Below, piece after piece: positions 32,441-34,353 of a DNA stretch of 34,353 nt. Numbering within the stretch: the first letter of the stretch is position 1; the number at the start of each line of letters is the position of its first letter. Source of the DNA: Malacoraja senta (Eukaryota); assembly GCA_038087875.1 (NCBI GenBank), contig JAXLNO010001468.1, positions 124,001 through 158,353 of the forward strand. The letters are read 5' to 3'. Position numbers and translations under genes: made by a program. The notes beneath the pieces were generated by a model that worked only from the letters and a program-made list of their open reading frames with translations, made no database searches and was not told the DNA's origin.

Positions 32441-33273
32441 AAGGCCGGCCCTGCTGTCCCTTGGCTTTTCTGAATAAAGAAAGTCAGACTGCTCTGAATG
32501 AGCATTCTTAGTCTCTGAAACTCTGAAACATATACTCTGAAACAATGCAGAGCAATTTTACCAAGAAACGAATTGAGCAAATAAACTCGCTCCTAGGCTA
32601 TGGTGGGAGACTTGGCGAGCTTTTACCAAGAAACAAATCTGTGACTTTTCGCTTCCTCCACAATCTGTGAACTTATTTATATTTGTAAATGAGACTAAAC
32701 ATGCTTCAAAATAAATCACTTTAGACTGTGCCAGCAACAATTTACCTTTATTTAATGCTTTAAATCATCTTTTTAAATCCAAGGCATGTCCCAGAACGGC
32801 CAACATGGAATGACATTTTGAGCTAAAGAAGATATTTAGACAATTTAAAAAAAATACAAATCTGGAAATCTGATATAAAAAAAACAAAAAATGCTGGAAA
32901 CACGCAACAGGGCAAGCAGTGTACTGTAAGGAGAGTTTTCCTTAACCCCCTTGGGAAGAATTTCGTCCGGAATATCTGTCCACGGGTATTTTCTGATTGG
33001 CTGGGTGTGATTAACGAGAGATGTTTCTGTTCAGATGTTGTACCTAATAGTCTGAAAAGGCAGAAACTATGCATGGTGCAAGGGTGCGGCTGCAAGGAAA
33101 TTGGCTTTTTGATGTAATGTTAGGGAACTCGGGAGACAACGATAAGGAGTTGGCAAAACCGATGTAAAGGTGTTCAGAGGGTCGGGGGAGTTGGGTTGAT
33201 GAGGGAATGGGTGGCAAAGACGGCAGGGAAGTGGAGAGGCCGAAAAATAGCAATCCACCATATTCACGAAAGC

Positions 33274-33483
33274 AGACACAAAATGCTGGAGTAACTCGGC
33301 GGGACAGGCAGCATCGCTGGAGCGACGGAATGGGTGACGTTTCGGGTCGAGACCCTTCTTCAGACTTCTTCTGTCTGAAAAGTGACCCATTTCTTCTCTC
33401 CAGAGATGCTGGCTGTCTCGCTGAGTTACTCTAGCATTTTGTGCCTATCTTCAGTGTAAACCAGCATCTGCCGTTCCTTCTTA
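33274..33483. mobile_element. Penelope pLTR fold-back insert; minus arm has an intact hammerhead core (33333-33366)
   Basis: Perfect 15-bp TSD catattcacgaaagc (33259-33273 / 33484-33498). Confidence 0.9.
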
Positions 33484-33579
33484 CATATTCACGAAAGCGG
33501 TTATCTTCTATGACGGGCTGAGTGGAAGCTGGAGTAGAAACCTATTGCGTGAGATTGGAAAGCGGTTTCAGTTTGGCGC

Positions 33580-33666
33580 GAAGACATAAAGCGCTGGAGT
33601 AACTCAGCGGGTCGGGCAGCATCTCTGGAGAACATGGATAGGGGACGTTTCAGGTCAAACCCTTCC
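33580..33666 (-). mobile_element. Truncated Penelope pLTR copy
   Basis: gctggagtaactcagcgggtcgggcagcatctctgg...gacgtttcaggtcaaacccttc. Confidence 0.75.
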
Positions 33667-34353
33667 TATACATACAACACTTTCGTTTTAATTTCCCCTT
33701 TCAACACTTTAGTCACGAGTTATCTGATCTCTTTCATAATCCCCGGGATTTGTCATTCTCCGGCACTTCCAGTGTGAAAGTACCTGGCTGCCTCCAGCGC
33801 GACTGTAACGTGGCGCTCCAGTTTGGGGATTTCGGTGGCGCTTTTGTTTATCTCAGCGATGGAGAGTGGACCGTTCCCACGAGACCGCTCGAATTTTGTA
33901 CAATCCGAAGATCAAAATCTGTCCAAAATGAGGATCAATGGTTGCGTGACCCAGAGGGCAGAGGAGTGGAAAGTGGTACTTTGCCAACTAGTCTTAGCGG
34001 CGGGGTTTTTCCCCGCTTCGTTTTGCACGTTCGAACCAAACTAAAAGATATTTAAATACGAACAGCAAGCAGCTTAGTTCTATTTGATGTGAAAATATCT
34101 AGATTTGCTGCAAACATTTCCTCATTACTTTGAAGCAAGCTTAATATTTTGCGTTGAACACCTGGCTTCTCAGCGGGTTGACGAGTTTGAATGGAATATA
34201 CTGCCAACCCACACATCTTGCAAACCTTCTCTCAGCGAGCAGTAGAGAGTGGGGCAAGGCCAATTTTGGAGGTGTAAAAGGCAGGAATTTGCAGCGGTCG
34301 ATGAGGTCGAACTCTTTGCAGGTAAAGGGACATCTGGCAAGTGGAGGCTTTCA

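Larger units (their letters stand above)
27866..32453. mobile_element. Non-autonomous hAT-type DNA transposon (~2.15 kb) with a nested CR1
   Basis: 14-bp TIR cagggccggcctta / taaggccggccctg; perfect 8-bp TSD ctgtccct (27858-27865 / 32454-32461); recurrent ccaattgg motifs. No transposase ORF. Confidence 0.9.

Noticed and set aside
12121-33483. Repeat-spacer-like recurrence of hairpin repeats suggesting CRISPR
   Set aside because: Copies are dispersed, 100+ bp, in both orientations, with TSDs, in a vertebrate genome; no cas genes.
7000-34353. Additional upstream Ig exons or a second host gene
   Set aside because: No ORF with Ig or other host-protein motifs; the long ORFs map to transposons or their antisense frames.

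Overview
Vertebrate genomic DNA. The repeat content (CR1, Rex1/Babar-like, V-SINE/HE1-like, Penelope) suggests a cartilaginous fish, probably a skate or ray; this is inference. The only host gene I can support is a VCAM1-like gene on the minus strand. It has a promoter with TATA and kappaB sites (~6750-6930), a signal-peptide exon (6718-6658) and five phase-1 Ig exons (6468-6193, 5387-5085, 4966-4700, 4086-3823, 2742-2479). The transmembrane exon would lie left of position 1. The last Ig exon (D7-like) sits in a ~99% identical 1344-bp tandem duplication whose breakpoint lies in CR1 fragments, and a remnant of a third, exon-deleted copy is visible. The ~27 kb upstream is mostly transposon-derived: CR1 and Rex1-like LINE fragments, a V-SINE, a Harbinger-like MITE, a non-autonomous hAT with two long internal hairpins, and many Penelope-derived pieces. 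The Penelope pieces carry a minimal hammerhead-ribozyme core and repeatedly occur as fold-back inserts with 3' ends pointing outward, flanked by 11-19 bp target-site duplications. There is one assembly gap (21864-22035). All alignments and counts were done by eye, and most repeat boundaries are approximate.
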